DNA of 64,000 nucleotides, taken from assembly GCF_964204645.1 (NCBI RefSeq), contig NC_134029.1, positions 19,648,950 to 19,712,949 of the forward strand, in the 5' to 3' direction. Made by a program: the position numbers and the translations under genes. Of the stretch, positions 40,681 to 55,169 are shown in pieces (within the stretch, counting starts at the first letter, position 1; each line of letters opens with the position of its first letter). The stretch comes from Tubulanus polymorphus (Eukaryota > Animalia > Nemertea). The notes below the pieces were generated by a model. It was not told the origin of the DNA. It saw only the letters and a list, made by a program, of their open reading frames with translations, and ran no database searches.

Positions 40681-40972
40681 ACAACATTGATTATGTACGT
40701 TTATTAGATATGATCAAAGCTGGCTTGGATCTCGGTTGACCGTCCGTCGAGTAGTCTGTAGCGAGGCCAATTTATAACAAACAGAAAAACAAACCGCACG
40801 CATCAACACAACTGAAGCATTTTGTGCAAATCTTGCGACGACCAGTGACCTGCGGAAAACAAATCATTTCCGTTGGTTATTCCTGAAACAACATTCAATC
40901 ACGTCGCGAATTGTTCACTTCACCTCAAAGGCATGCGACGGACGAACATATTGTGTGTGCAGCGATGTCGTT

Positions 40973-40992
40973 GCGGCGGCGGCGGCGGCGGC
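40973..40992. repeat. Short (GCG)n repeat
   Basis: GCGGCGGCGGCGGCGGCGGC. Confidence 0.9.
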
Positions 40993-43751
40993 TCCTTGCA
41001 TTCTCGAGCACAAGTGTTTTTTCCTCGGTTTTGAAGTATATATGCGCTCTATCATCCCTTCAGCAATGACCGGCATTCGTCTGTCTGATATAATGAAACG
41101 ACGGACGATACGAAACGACAAGATACGACTCTTCGATACACGACCGGGTGCACATAAATACGATTTCAGGCATGCCGTATACATTCGCCCGTATCCTAAA
41201 TATCAATAAATCTTTGAATTGATCAATGTCACGCTACACTATTTTGATTAAACAATTCTTTACTTTCATCAATCACTCCAGGGAGTAGGATATACACAGT
41301 ATAGACACTAGAAATGAGCCAATATCTTCTAATTCGTAAGTTGTTGGAATGTGGAAGATAAGGTACTGAATAAGTAACGGGTGTTGACCAAAATCAGCCC
41401 TAGCTTCGGGCTAAGAAAGTCCCTTTACGTTCGATTTAGAACTATTTCAATGCCGGTGGGATGTTTCAATTCTTTGTAACCGATACCCTAGCTGCGAGTA
41501 AAAGCCGTTCATTCAAACATATTGTATTCAGTCACATTGAAACTCGTAATACAATGTAATCAAAAGTGAATGAAATCAAAAGTGAATGAATCATAAAAAG
41601 ACGAATCGGGAACATGCTTCGTTGATTTTTGTTTTCGGCATTTCGACGGGTACGATGATCTCGGCCGCGGAATTCCGAGGGTCAAACATGTTTGATTCCG
41701 TGTTTCCGTCGCCTGGCGTTACTTTGCGTCGTGCGCGTTGGACTAAGTGAAACAAATATACGAAACGTGGGTTACCTATATACTTGACCATAGATAAAAA
41801 CCTGGCTTTAGGTTAGATAGTGCGGCAGCGCTTTTTACAACGAGTTTAAAAGCGATTTCGAGGGTTCTAAATTTAGAATTAAATCAACGTATCATATCGG
41901 ACTGATAAGAGGGTGTGCCCGTTGCATAAGATTAAACTCGTGAAATTGACGACACCTCCAACAAATTCGATACGTATCGCTTGTACACAAAAGGAAAGTC
42001 TGTCGTATACAGTGAAGTGTTTGCCAATTCGTAGGTTTCGTAATGATGGATTGATTTTGATGAAGGGTACGTGGGTGTCTTGGCCGGCAGCGTCGAATAT
42101 ATATCGACAAAATCCCCGCTGATGTTTACTACAATCGAGATAAATAGCGCGCGGAGTAACTGATACGTTTGAAATTTAAATACGCTTTAAAACAATAATA
42201 TAGCTATACGACTGAAAAACCTACCACGCAGTAATAACGTTGATCAAGAGGGTTCGTGTTGGCGGGAATCGGGGATGGAAAGCCAGCGCATATTCTGGGG
42301 GAGAATTTTCGTGAACGTATAAACACGTCGATATAACGAAGGAGAATTATTATGCGATGAAAACGACAAATTTTGAAATAATCGATCGACGAAATTTCGA
42401 TTTCTTAGAACACGTATAATGACTTGATATATCATTTTGAGAAAAAGCATAATGACGAAGAATCCAGTTGCGGTAAACCCATTGTTCGACACGATTTTGT
42501 CAATTCAATCGTTTGGTAAACAAAGATCTGACTCGATTTTTGTCTTCGCCTCGAAGACGGTTTGTGTGCAAACTATGTCATCTGTCAGGTTAACGCGTCA
42601 CATCCTGTGTAGCACGCCGTAAATAGGCACCTACTCGGAGGTGTCTCGTCGCGTCAAAACATTTGCCGTGGAAATCTAGCACCGATTCGACAATCGAGTT
42701 AGGTATTTGAACTTCGAATCGAATCAGCGATTCAGTGCGACGTACGTAAAATTGATTCCGACATTGTGTGGGCTTAGATTTCTTTCTCATCAACACATCG
42801 TTGCAACTTTTTTTTCACTATACGATTTGTAGTAAATCGATAGTTCTTCGTATTATTTGACTGTATAGATGCAACGAATTCACCTTTGAAATACGAGTGC
42901 GCCAATCCACCTACTAATGTAGACGAGGTCTTTGCCAACGTTTGGGTGAATTCTTCGAAATGTTCGTCCCACTATTATATATTGCCACAACCACCACCTT
43001 CTCCACACAACCTAACGATTTTAAACAAACCCACATTTTCCCGGCTTCGTCGCTCTTATCGCTGAAAAAGTCATACAAGCCCCGTGGTGTTGATAATCTC
43101 CTGCCGCGCATCTCAGTTTGTCGCGCGAGGGAAAATTGATGATAAGTCAATCGGGACATAATACCCCGAAATCATCCTGATAAATCGGTTACCTTATTAG
43201 TTTAAGCGCTGACAATGTACGTCAGCGCCTCCGATGTTTTGTACTCGGCGGCGTTACAATATTGTTGCTCTAATACTCAATTCGACAAATAATCATTTAC
43301 ACGGTTCCATTCTCTTTGATGATGAATGCACGTGTATTACGAGGTAATGCCGTGAATGGCGCCGTGAAAGCTTCAGTTATTTACACGTATTTCGCATCTG
43401 GATATAAACAGCCCGATCGAAACGCAATCAGTACTTCATAGAGCTGCCTTGGTAATTTTATTACTGATCAGCCGGTTTGGTCTGACAGTATTGCTGTCAC
43501 TTCTGGTGACGATGACATCAAAAAATACACGTTACGCCGTCAAGCCGACATAAATGCCTCGTATAGCAGACGTCTGATCAGCGACATGATCAAGCCTTCT
43601 TCTATTGCTAGTCGCATCTTTCGCTCGTTCTCCATTCACCATTGTGCCGCGCTATATAAGATGTATACCGCAGATAAGCTCGGGATTGCCGTTGTGGGAA
43701 CGCTTACACACAGCGTCGATACCTAGTTAATGGTTTCGTCCGTCGAATATG

Positions 43752-43787
<36 letters not shown>

Positions 43788-44599
43788 TTTCAGAAATGGA
43801 CGTTTTGTCGTCCTTACACGCGTAAGCAGTGATCGCCATATTGGAGACCATTGACGCAAGATTGTAAGCCGCTTGGTGACCCATGTGGTGAAGTCAAGAT
43901 GAAATGAAAAGTATCAAAGACATCGCGACCTGAAGAATTACTTATAGAAAACAGAGGAAATGGTCGATTATCTTTTTTGTCACGATGATCTTGTTCTTTG
44001 ACGTTCGCGCTTCTTTCGGTATTTTGGGCAAATGCGATGTTATACAAACAAGATATCGAAATAAAGACTCTTACTGAAAAAAGAAATCAACACAACTTGC
44101 ACTGAAAAAACACACGGCCCCCGTGAAACTGGCAAGTATAGCCTTGAACTATACAAATGAAATTGACAGAAATGAAGAGTTTCGTGATGCAAGGTTGTCG
44201 CTATTGACCGGTCGGAAAGTCAGGGCTTTGAAATATGATCCGTTGGTTTCATATTACCGCAGAGAAAAGACCCACACACGGTCGTAATGATATAAATAAA
44301 CCGCTACTACAATCAGATGCGACATCAGAAAAACGTTTTTCGCCAGCGATGCTTGAAAAGGAAGATAAAATCGATCATTTCTATAATCTATATTGTCCGT
44401 GTGGCTTTATGCCATGCGTCGAATCATTGGTGATACCATCTCTGTCAGGCCTATAGCTACCCTCGTCTGGGTGAACCCGTCCGAAGCTGCTTCTTTGAGT
44501 AACGATTTTCTTTTCTTACATACGAAAAGCTGTTTCATGTCCACATAACCCAATATTTAGCCGTCGCGACAAAATCAATCTATTTTGCCCTCGGGATAT

Positions 44600-44911
44600 T
44601 CATCAAATCCTCTTTGCACATACACCTTTGCGATGCGGTGCTATCAATCCTAAGTACTGCTCGTGTTGGCTAAGTGTTCCTATCCATATTGTTGATCGCT
44701 GCTTTTTTTCTTGTCTTTCAGAAGGAATCTCTAATTTCCCAACTGACCTCATTCCTTGCCCATCGATTTTCAGTCAGAGTAACCAGTGATACTACGTCCA
44801 TCTCCATTGTATTTCATCTTTAAAATGATACAACATGTCTTAACGCATAATTTCATGTATTCCTCTTTGACACAAATGTCATGGGATATTAAACTCTGCT
44901 CACGAATTTGG
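44600..44911 (-). mobile_element. Highly degraded RTE-clade LINE C-terminal fragment
   Basis: Minus strand with frameshifts and stops: QIREQS..QWRWT*..TENRWARNEVSWEIRD..KQRSTIW..YVQ, resembling RTE KWRWAGHxxRxxDNRWxxxxxEWxPRxxKRxRGR. Confidence 0.5.
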
Positions 44912-44923
44912 GAGATTCTGAAA

Positions 44924-45065
44924 TGATTGGTTGATTGATTTTATTTTCATAGAACATAATAACATATCATAATGATTTCTATTACAAAATATTGAGATGA
45001 ACTATGAAGGACTCGTCCAGAGCCTGAAGGCTGTAGCTCTGTACATAGTGGACGAGCCCTATCAA
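44924..45065 (-). mobile_element. LINE 3' UTR/tail remnant with stem-loop
   Basis: GGGCTCGTCCA..TGGACGAGTCC stem, then AATAAA and an (AATC)n tail on the minus strand. Confidence 0.6.
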
Positions 45066-46771
45066 TATCATGTGGCTTTTCTAAGGTAAGCTATTTTCAA
45101 AAACAACATACATCATACAATAATGAGTTTTGGGGATACAATCCCCATTCGAAATTTCTAATGACGCTAGCATTTTGAAAATTGAGATTCGTGCTAACCG
45201 TCGAACTGATCTGTAAATTCTGAAAGGATGGGTTAAGTGTATACTTCTTTTTTCTAGATCCGGTAACGGTCTTTTCTTGTTTATGTTGTTAACTACTTGT
45301 TCTTTACTGTAGAGCATCGAGCGAGTGATTGTTCATATCCATACGGATTCACTTCAAAGTAATTGCATAGTAAGCTGAATCCGGCTAACATCATCGGAAT
45401 ACGAAATGTTTGTGTCTGGTAAATTGGGCATTATACTCTTCATTAGTTCGTAATCCCGTTCGCCTAGCGTCGTTCGTGTCGGTTAGTATCGTATTGACTG
45501 CCTGCATCGGTAACCGGGCGCCATAAATCCGACAAGAATTGCCAACTAAGCACATTCACTCAGCCAGGAGATAGTTTCTCATCTTCAACTGCGCGAGCAT
45601 ATATTTCATCCGACACGAAATTGGATTAGCTTGCCCTAAATTTCCTGGTTACAGCGAGTGCTTTGTTGTGATCAATAAATGATAGAAAGATTGTCTGCGG
45701 TATCAGCGCAAGATGGAAACCAACTTCGGCCGTTTGCGTCTAGCGCGTTGATAACCAAACCTGTCTCTTTTCTCGGTAAACTAGTAGCTGATAAAGCGTT
45801 CGATAGAAGACTTTATATATGCTGGTTTGATTTAGTCAGATTAAGTGACAACGCTTAAAAAGACGATATAAAATGAGATTATATATTCTCAGGATTTCAA
45901 ACTAATGGCCCTTCATATTGGCCAGCTCCTGTATAGTCGGATCAACCCACGTAACCTCCGTCCAAAAATCACCGAAGTGTTAAAAATCGTGGAAGCCGTC
46001 GTTTTGTTCATGACGGGGGCAGTTTCCATAAACTTCCGAGCTACTTGTACCTCTCATTCACCGCATCAACGCATTAAGACTGTATCAAAAATGGCAGAAG
46101 TGATATAGAAACTACCGATGCCGACATTCTGTTCACGATGAAGGCATAATTCCATAAATATTGGAGCTACCATTCGTGGCCACCGCATCGTCTCAATTCA
46201 GACCGCGCATCGCACCACTTCTTGAAAACACAATCAATTTTCTGTTAATTGTGCTAGCTTTTTCTTCGAATTACGTCGGATTAAGAGCTCGTTATCTTTA
46301 GATTATGGAGATTCGACGTTGTTGTTGAAAGTTCGCTTCGGGTAATAGTAGAATATTCAACGATCCCTCGAAGGATAAAATTGATTCGTGATAGTTCTGC
46401 CTTGTGATATAAGAATCTATTCGGCCATTGGTGCCATCCCGAAACAATGAACCCGATACTCTCTACAAGGCGAAAAGGCCATTACGTCTGGAATAATATT
46501 GCTGAATGACGGAACGGTACTGCATTATTAAGCAAGTTACTTACCACTGCCCTAAGGATCTATAAATTTCCTTGGAAAATTATACCATTATGGCCATCGG
46601 GATATGATATGAAGTGATTATCACGACATAAATTTGTCATCGTAGCCACGCACCGATATCGTTACATATCATATGGATGAGTGGGACGAAGATATATATA
46701 TGTACACATGTATAAACGTAGGATATTATCATTCACTTAATAAACGTCAGTGGCACATTGGCGACAACCTG

Positions 46772-47008
46772 ATATCCAGAAACGACGAACTCCTGCGAGT
46801 CGCTGAGCCCTGTTGGTAAAAATGATTAGATTAAAATGAAGATACATATAATGCCTCATTTTGCAATTGCGACCTCGGCATCCCCGGGAAATATCAAGAA
46901 ACGACGAACATGCGCCAGTCGCTGAGCCCTGTTGGTAAAAATGATAAGATTAAAACGAAGAGATATAATGCCTCATTTTGCAATCGCGACTACGGCGTCC
47001 CCGGGAAA
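46772..47008. repeat. Diverged tandem duplication, period about 119 bp
   Basis: AGAAACGACGAAC..GTCGCTGAGCCCTGTTGGTAAAAATGAT..ATAATGCCTCATTTTGCAAT..TCCCCGGGAAA twice, units starting at 46772 and 46891. Confidence 0.92.
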
Positions 47009-47416
47009 GATTGTTTTAAACACTTAACGACATGTGCTGTAGTTTAATTAGAAAATTTGCATTTGGTTAATTACGTTTAAGGTGCCTAAATGAAGCCCTC
47101 GGGTGGTTGACGCGATTCACAAGATGCTGCAGATTCTAATATCGTAAATCATGCGAAGGTGCTAGACGTAATGAAATGCTTAAGCACGCTGGAAACTGCC
47201 GTTAACCGTGTGTAGCATCATCGAGTTGTCCATTTGATAACAACACGTTGCGGAACGTGTATGGAAATCATCGTCGTGTAACTTTTCTTCGTTTGCGTCG
47301 TATTTCAATTCCAGTCTTCATCATCATCAAGTCAACCGCCCAGTGGAAACGATATTTTGAAACGTGGCAAGGGAAATTTCCAAAAGTTAATTTTACTTAA
47401 ACCCATTTGTGAAACT

Positions 47417-47612
47417 GTATCACCTCCCTGGAGAGAAGTAACATCCGAGCACTCTGGAGTCATCTATCGGGCCAGGTACCCATTTACTGCTGCTGGGTAT
47501 AGATAGGCAACGAGGATAAGCGTCTTGCTCGGGGACGCAACGGTAATGTACGGGGTTCGAACCCACGACCTGGCTTCCCAGAGTCGAACACTCTAACCAC
47601 TCGCCCTCGCTA
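47417..47612 (-). mobile_element. tRNA-derived CORE-type SINE
   Basis: A box GGGCGAGTGGTTAG, B box GGTTCGAACCC, then GCGTCCCCGAGCAAGACGCTTATCCTC..GTAAATGGGTACC resembling the MIR/CORE domain. Confidence 0.8.
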
Positions 47613-50600
47613 AGTAACAATGATCAATTAAGGTCACGCTACTTTTATACAGACGAATCCTTGCTTTTAGTTTTTGTAACTATAGCAACAGTCATTCTTG
47701 ATATCATAGCGATTTGTTTTTTCCGGTAGGAATTACTATGCATAATTGATTGCGAAAGCGTTTTCCAGCGTCTTTGTCGAGAGCGTAGAACTTGTCAATG
47801 ACAATTGCAACGGCAAAAAAGCGATCGAGTTACTCGCCGACATTTCATTTATAAAAATCAAATAGGATCCGATGACGATCCTTTTTGCCGGCGTCTTTTT
47901 CATCAATCATCATAAAATCAAACTGAAGCAGATATTCTTCTAGGTAATCTATTATATCGCGTTGCAGTGTCGAGGATCTACGTAGGCTGCCTCGCGGCCG
48001 TGTTTATTTCTCACAAGATACAGCTCGCATTTCCTTCCATTATTGTGACGATTCTCGAGAAGACGAATCTACCGAACAGACGCGCGTTTGATCCTCTGTC
48101 GCGCAGATCCGCTCTAATCAAAACGACATGCGACAACAATAACGACATATCGGTTTCTTCGGGCGCCTCATCCGAAATATACATCAGGTACTTAATAATG
48201 CATACTTTAATTACGACTTGTAAAAGCTGAGAGCAGAACAGATAGCGTTTGGATGGTGCAGTCGTTTAGAGACGAGATGGCGTATATGAACTCTTGAATG
48301 ATACATGACAGTTCTATCACAGTATATGCATTTTCTTCGATATTGATATGCGATTTGCGCCTGCGTTATGTTTTCCTTTGAGGTTAGTGAGATATGCGTT
48401 CGAATTTATATATGATTAACATCAATTCCGATGGGTTGAAACGATGGCTTTAGAAGCGATAATGCATTTTTGATGATACGATCTGGTTTGGTATATACGG
48501 GTGAACGGGCTTTTTCCATCTTTTTCCGACAATGCTCGAAATGAGAGACGAGATGTTTTTATCGCAACGCGTCTCTGATGTTTTGTTTATGAAAAAAAAT
48601 CATTCTATTAAAAGGCCTGGCTGTCTCGAAGATGAAGGCTCGTTCATCACCTAAATTACAGAATAATGGCGGTATTCAATTATGCCAACGTTGAGAATAT
48701 GGTGAGCATACGACGAGCTCGGCTTGGTAATTTGTACGGATGATGACGACAAGGTAATGTCTGCCGGTCGTACGCCGTAGATACCCGCGCACTGGGAGAA
48801 CCGAAGCAAGAATGCTAATGGTCATAAGTGAACGACTAAACATTGTCGCTAAACAACATGACATCGGGACGTTTCCGGATTACGATCTGGACATGACTTG
48901 CCTTAACAATCGGGCGGAGAAAGGCTTCGCGCGGTGCTAGACCGCAATAGCACCGATATGCGAATATGGACCATCTTATCACAGTTCTGCTCGGATGGTC
49001 CGCGTAAAAATGACACGTTCGATCTAATGATGTAATAACACCCTTTACTGATAATCTAATACGAGAGGATAGAAGCTATGTTCACCAGCAGGCGACGCGA
49101 ATCCGTCTGCGCATCGATTTCGATGCGGTTCGTGTGGCATTTCAAATGGCATCGTTTTCTACCGCGCTCAAGCGTGCATGCATATTTGCTTATGGAAATC
49201 GACATTTCAACCGAGTACGGGGAGCGTTTTCGCGTCGAAGCGAACGAACGGTGACCTCCGTGAACTTTTCTCAGTTTGATTAACCGTCAACTTGACACAA
49301 GTGTATCGTCAACAAGCAAATTTTCGTCGGTAATGAAAGTTGACGCGATACTATATTTGATCATGAGTCAAACCCGGTGACAATGGCGAAACGTCTCCAA
49401 TTTCCTCCGATGGGGTGTTTGTTTTTGCATGTATTAACATACATGTAACGGATATCCCGCGATTAAGATGACTTAAATGACGGAAAATGGCTTCGATGGG
49501 ATCACATCGTGCTTTTGTCCGGATATTCCTTCGTTTTATAGTTGCTGGGTACTTGAAAATCGTGTACGCAGGACGAAAAACTTGTAAAAGCATCTCTGCG
49601 AATCAGAACACCAACTTTGAGCAGGAAACAAAAACCGGTTAGCGCTTGTACGAGGTATCTCATACATAGATATTCGAAAAGTGAGAACACTTCACTTGTT
49701 TGACTGAGTTCTTACTATCTTTACTTTTTTGAATAGCTGTTGAACTCTTGGAAAACGTCTGGTCGTAACATCGGTCTGAGAATGGAGACAGTTACGTCGA
49801 AAACATGCTTCTCAATCAGTTTTCATTTCTTAATCAGCAAGTGTAGACTTGCAGGCACTCAATGGCCACTCGGGGAAACCTCTTGTCAAACATGGATGGA
49901 TTTTCGACGCGACGCTTGAACTGCAATTTTCCAATATAACTACGGTTAACTCTGTACGAGTGCATCCATTTCCTTTTCTGGCGCCTAATCAATGGACACG
50001 GAATATAGTGCATAATTTCACATTAAATATCAATCACAGTCGTATGTTATTTTCTTACCGAGTCAATACGGCCGCCGTAGAGAATGATTAAGATTTAATT
50101 CGAGCACCAATAATATCGGAAAACCTGTCCCGAGATATATCGAATGCCATTCAGTCCCATTCGAGAGTAGTGCTTTTCTACATTTACCGCGCGATGTTCT
50201 GCTGGCTTCGACACGTATACGTTCTGGGAAAAACACGCGTATTTGATAGAAATATGTATGTTGGAAGATTGTCGCACCTTGTTTAAAAACCTGTACACCG
50301 TTTTTCTTATATATTATTTGTTACTTATTCGCTACGGATTTGTCATGTCCTTTCGGTATGGTTGCCGTGTGGTGAAAATGAGCTTAGATCGTACACAATT
50401 CTTGAGCACATCCTGATGGAAATTTATGAAGTAATTGACCATGGAAATCGCAGTTTATGCGCAACCGAATATGCGATTTACACATATTTCCCCTAGAGAC
50501 ATTTGCAAATCTTTTATCAAGTCATTTATGCCTACTGTGGACAGCCAAGATAGAGGGCTGATGGCCGCCTGGGAGACATTAAGCTTTGCGTTATGGTCAT

Positions 50601-51337
50601 CATGACCGAGAGTTTGATCAAGGACTGCTTAACATGGCAAGAAATAAAGATCAACAACGCAGGCAATTAAGAAACCAGTTTCACAGATCAGTATGTACAC
50701 GTTGCCCCGCACGGAATGACTTGTTGTATGTAAAGATAAACGTTGCTGTTCCCTATGCATAGAAAGGAAATGTCTCTTTCGTGAATTGGGATAAAAAAAA
50801 CAGCCTTAGTTTTATTGCCAATATCCTAGTTACTCGGTGGATTCTTACTTGAGTCGGTTGTCTTAAGATTTGATTTTACCCATTTAGGGAATCGTTTTCT
50901 GATATTGTTCTTAAGATTGCTTACTGTGGTTAATTTCATACATACTTCTTTCGAAAATACCGTCCGTGTTTCTGCGAGGAGTTTTGTCCGCGGTTGGCGG
51001 TATCTAATGTGTTTTAGCGGGCAATTACTGCGCGCTAAGTTGAGGAATACTCGACACAGTGTCAGGCTGACCTGGGAGTTAAAACCTCGCTTCGTGCTGT
51101 CGCGGTTAAAAGCACGTCGAAAACTAAATCCCCTGGAATCGAATGTCTGGTCGGAATAGACGTCGCGGTCATGCGAGGATCGTTGTTTCAGAGATGTTAT
51201 ATCGGCACATCATGCGATGCCGATGGGCCCCAAAGGAAGCATTAACTAACATGTGAACTGTGAAACAACACGCAGTGGTGGCAATACTGTGCCAGGTAAT
51301 CGACTTTCAAATAAGTCGATGTGTTCGCCAAAGTAAT

Positions 51338-51527
<190 letters not shown>

Positions 51528-51701
51528 TTGTATAAGACTGCTAAATACGAATTTTCGATCTTGGTTCTAATGGCCTATTGCCGGTTGCTTGGGGCAGTGT
51601 TGTTCGATGTTGCGGCGCTGTTGAAGTACCTCGGACATGCTGCGAATGCTACTTGATACCTATTACCATATGCTGAAGTATCTCTTTCCATAGTGTATCC
51701 A

Positions 51702-51748
51702 CATCATCGCCATCATCATCACCATCACCGTCATCATCATCATCACCA
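51702..51748. repeat. Degenerate (CAT/CAC)n repeat
   Basis: CATCATCGCCATCATCATCACCATCACCGTCATCATCATCATCACCAC. Confidence 0.85.
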
Positions 51749-53806
51749 CGAAGCTTTCGGTATTAATATCTGGTATATTCGGGCATTGTTTATAGTCCGT
51801 TCAACGGTACTGATATTTTGCTGCGGATGATCAGACGGTTGTGGTAAAAGTTCACGCTCCTGTTGGTGCGGCATATCGTATTTCGCGTAAGTAGAAGATC
51901 ATACGAAGGAAGCTCTTATTACCGATAGTCTTACTACCGATAGTCTGATTGTCTTCAAAAATAGCTCGATGTCATCATGTACGTAAATATTGAAGGACAC
52001 GTGCGTAAGAGAAACGATGGATGATTTGTGCGTGAACTATGGATTTTGGATAGTTCATTTACCCAATGTTGAAATGTCAATCGAAGATTCTAACCTTTGC
52101 CATATCAGTCAATGGAAGTATCATAACTATAAATTGGCAAGTGTTATTAGCACTATTTTCCAATACATCATTCCTCTATCAGATTCAGTTCACAACAGGA
52201 CGTGGCCCTAAATCTAAAATGCTATCGTTATGAATTCGAAAGTCCTCGTGATGTCGGTTTATGGGCTCTTATTGAATACTCAACTGTTTATAGCGTTAGA
52301 ATGCACCTCATCCGTGCGCAAACCAAACCCCAGCTCCGCCGATGCAGTATGAAACCGTCGTATACCCTCCCTCGCGAGAATGTCGACACATGTTCCAATC
52401 ACTACTTCAGTCCGATATTTGTTTTAGTATTAATGAAACGACGCAAAATGTGGAATAATGATGTACCGTCATTCGCAATAATGTTATTGCATTTTTCTGA
52501 TTGATGGTTTTTCCATCGAATCCGGCGTTTGGCTTAAAAAGCGAAACAGTGTTGTTCTCTCAAATGGTCGTTTCTAGTGCAATCGCCCTAAACTATTGCT
52601 AGTAGTTTTTCCACGAAAATGCTTAATAAAACACCGAACACGCTCCTCTGGGGCACAAAGCTTTTGATTCTTTCGAAAAGCGTTTGATAAGTATTGTGAC
52701 CCCGATATCGGTTGACGACGGTATCCGATATCGTTACTCTTGACATTTTTCTACATTGATCTCGTTGTGAAGAATAAAACGCTTAATATATTTTAGGGTT
52801 GACTGCTCTTCTGTATGTTGTGACTGCTTCGGCATTTCACTGCCTCCGGCGCAAAACAGAAGCAATACCTACCTAATCAGGTATAAACCTCGATGAGTGC
52901 CGCTCAAATCATGTAGAAATAACAACAGATGCGAAAGATCGACGCGCGAACCTTACTGAACGCTGGACATTCGCTGTTGGCAACATTGACTCGCATTTTC
53001 TCAGCTGTGCGCACATAAATAACATGTATTAGCCGGAGCCCTGGTCTCGACGTACATATACCGCACTAATACTTCAGGTCGCCCGAAGCAAAATATTTTA
53101 TGCCGATATTATTACTGCTTAACGAACGGTTTGCTAGATACGCTACGAGACTGCTAATGCGGTATATAATGGGGTTGAATAAGATGATTTGAAATCGCCC
53201 GGCCAACCACGTAAACGTTCGGTTGAATATTCAGTCCGGTTGTTGACAATCAGAGGTAAATGTAGATATATCATACCGTCAAATTTAGACATTATAAAAC
53301 ATGTTCGAATGTAATTAGATTAGAGACAATTTTCGGATATTGCATTTGAGTTAATTATTCATGGGAAGGATTCTAACTATGATACCTCGTTTATGTATAT
53401 ATAGTGGATACAATGTCTCGTTAGCGACGAAGCGAATGGCGCGCACGGGGTAAACATGCATCATTCCACATTGCGAGCACTTTCAATATAATACTGTCTA
53501 ATAGCCACCGAGGAATACAATATACGTTATTACGTATGTGTACCACTACGCCGAGGGGTAGAAGACGGTGTTGTCTCGTGTATATTAAACATGATAATGG
53601 CATAGTTTTGTGGTGAATACCGACATTTCGGGTGATTATTGAGCCCGACGCGCGTCGAAAACATTTTTGCCAACCCCGCAACCGTGGAAGAAACGCATTA
53701 ATCGAAAGTGTCCTTCGCCCTCGCAGACCGTGAGGATTCCCGTCGATACAAAAATTCTCAAGCAAACCAGACGTGCGTGACTGGAATGTTCCCAAACGCG
53801 TTCGAC

Positions 53807-54133
53807 TCCATCGTCGGCAGGGATTCGAACCTGATGGTAACTGTAACGAGACTCGGCCACGGCACGAAGTCCTGCCCGATTACCCGAGTGCGCAGGTACA
53901 TGCGCAGGTTTGCCGCGCGAACCCCTACGCTGCAAATCAGATTGCCCGTTGTATAATCGCTGAGGCAAATTTCACCGATAAACTTTGAATGGTATTACCT
54001 AGGCTGGAATGAAACGGAATTTCTGATTGGTTAATAATGACATCATCTCAGCTGCGCACTCGTTCTAGTTCGGCAGGGTTTCGCACCGCGGCGAGTCTCG
54101 ATGCCATCAGGTTCGAATCCCTACCGCGGTGGG
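53807..54133. mobile_element. Fold-back element family A, copy 3
   Basis: TCGGCAGGGATTCGAACCTGATGG ... CCATCAGGTTCGAATCCCTACCG, with full-length interior. Confidence 0.85.
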
Positions 54134-54883
54134 TCCACTCGTTCACACCCTCTTCCTCGATAATTAACGTTTAGAAAAAAATATTCGTTTCCGATATAAC
54201 ATCGAATATTTGATGATAGATCGAGACAGAAAAAAAATCATCACGGTTTGTTAGTTTCTGTCGAAAAAGTCGCCTTGTTTTACCGAATACGTAAATAGGA
54301 TCAGGCGTTATTGATCGTAGCTATAAAAGAGGCAGGTGTTCACCAGTGGATGGTTACAGACAAGTAGAAATCACCATCTTTCTCATCTGTCAGAGCGTTA
54401 AAGACTAAATCATATTGATGCTAACGCATCGTAGCAATTAGCCGTCGGTTTTCCGTTGGTTCGGTGCTGAGTGTGCGTGCCGAGCGACTGGCTAATTGCT
54501 TGAAGCTTCCACTTGATTATCGATGATGTGATCTCTAGTGACGGATCGAAAAAACGATGACCAAGAAGTGGGTTGACAGTAAAAATGAGCGAACGCTTTC
54601 ATGTTTTAATGACGGTAATCAGACAATGCCGTATTGTCGGTTCTGGCTGACATCTTCGGCGAAGTTCTTGCGGTTTTAAATCAATTTTTGTAGTCAATAT
54701 TAGCAAATAACGCTGAGTGATTACGAAAGTCTGTAAAAGATGCGTAACATTGGACGACCAGTGGGGAGAAGATTATAGGTATAGGCAGGTAAAACTGCAT
54801 ATATATCCGGATAATAGTACGATTGATACATCGGTTATCAACAAGAAGCTTGATGGGTGATCGTTATGAAGCTACTATTTCAT

Positions 54884-55169
54884 CATCCTCCCTGGGCAGG
54901 GATTCGAACCTGATAGCATCAGCCACGGCACGAACCCTTGCCTCACTAGACCGTGTGCGCAGCTTCGATGATGTCATTATTAGCTAATCAGATATCCCGT
55001 TTAATTCAGGCCCCAGTTTTCCCATCTACAGTTCTTCCGTGAAATTTACCTCAGCGATTATACAACGAGCAATCTGATCGGTGCGCACCCGGTCTAGTGT
55101 GGAAGGTTTTTAGTGCCGTGGCTGAGTGAAGCGATGCCATCAAGTTCGAATCCCTACCAAAGGAGGATG
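54884..55169. mobile_element. Fold-back element family A, copy 4 (inverted relative to copy 3)
   Basis: CATCCTCCCTGGGCAGGGATTCGAACCTGAT ... ATCAAGTTCGAATCCCTACCAAAGGAGGATG. Interior CCTCAGCGATTATACAACGAGCAATCTGAT is the reverse complement of the copy 3 interior. Confidence 0.88.

Noticed and set aside
46772-47008. Possible CRISPR-like repeat
   Set aside because: Only two long diverged units, no spacers and no cas genes.
47968-48188. Open phase-1 segment between TTGCAG| and AG|GTACTT as exon 2 of the host gene
   Set aside because: Weak polypyrimidine tract and donor, and the translation has no recognisable domain.
53421-53988. Cluster of overlapping 71-124 aa ORFs
   Set aside because: GC-rich sequence, mostly overlapping family A copy 3, with no protein-like features.
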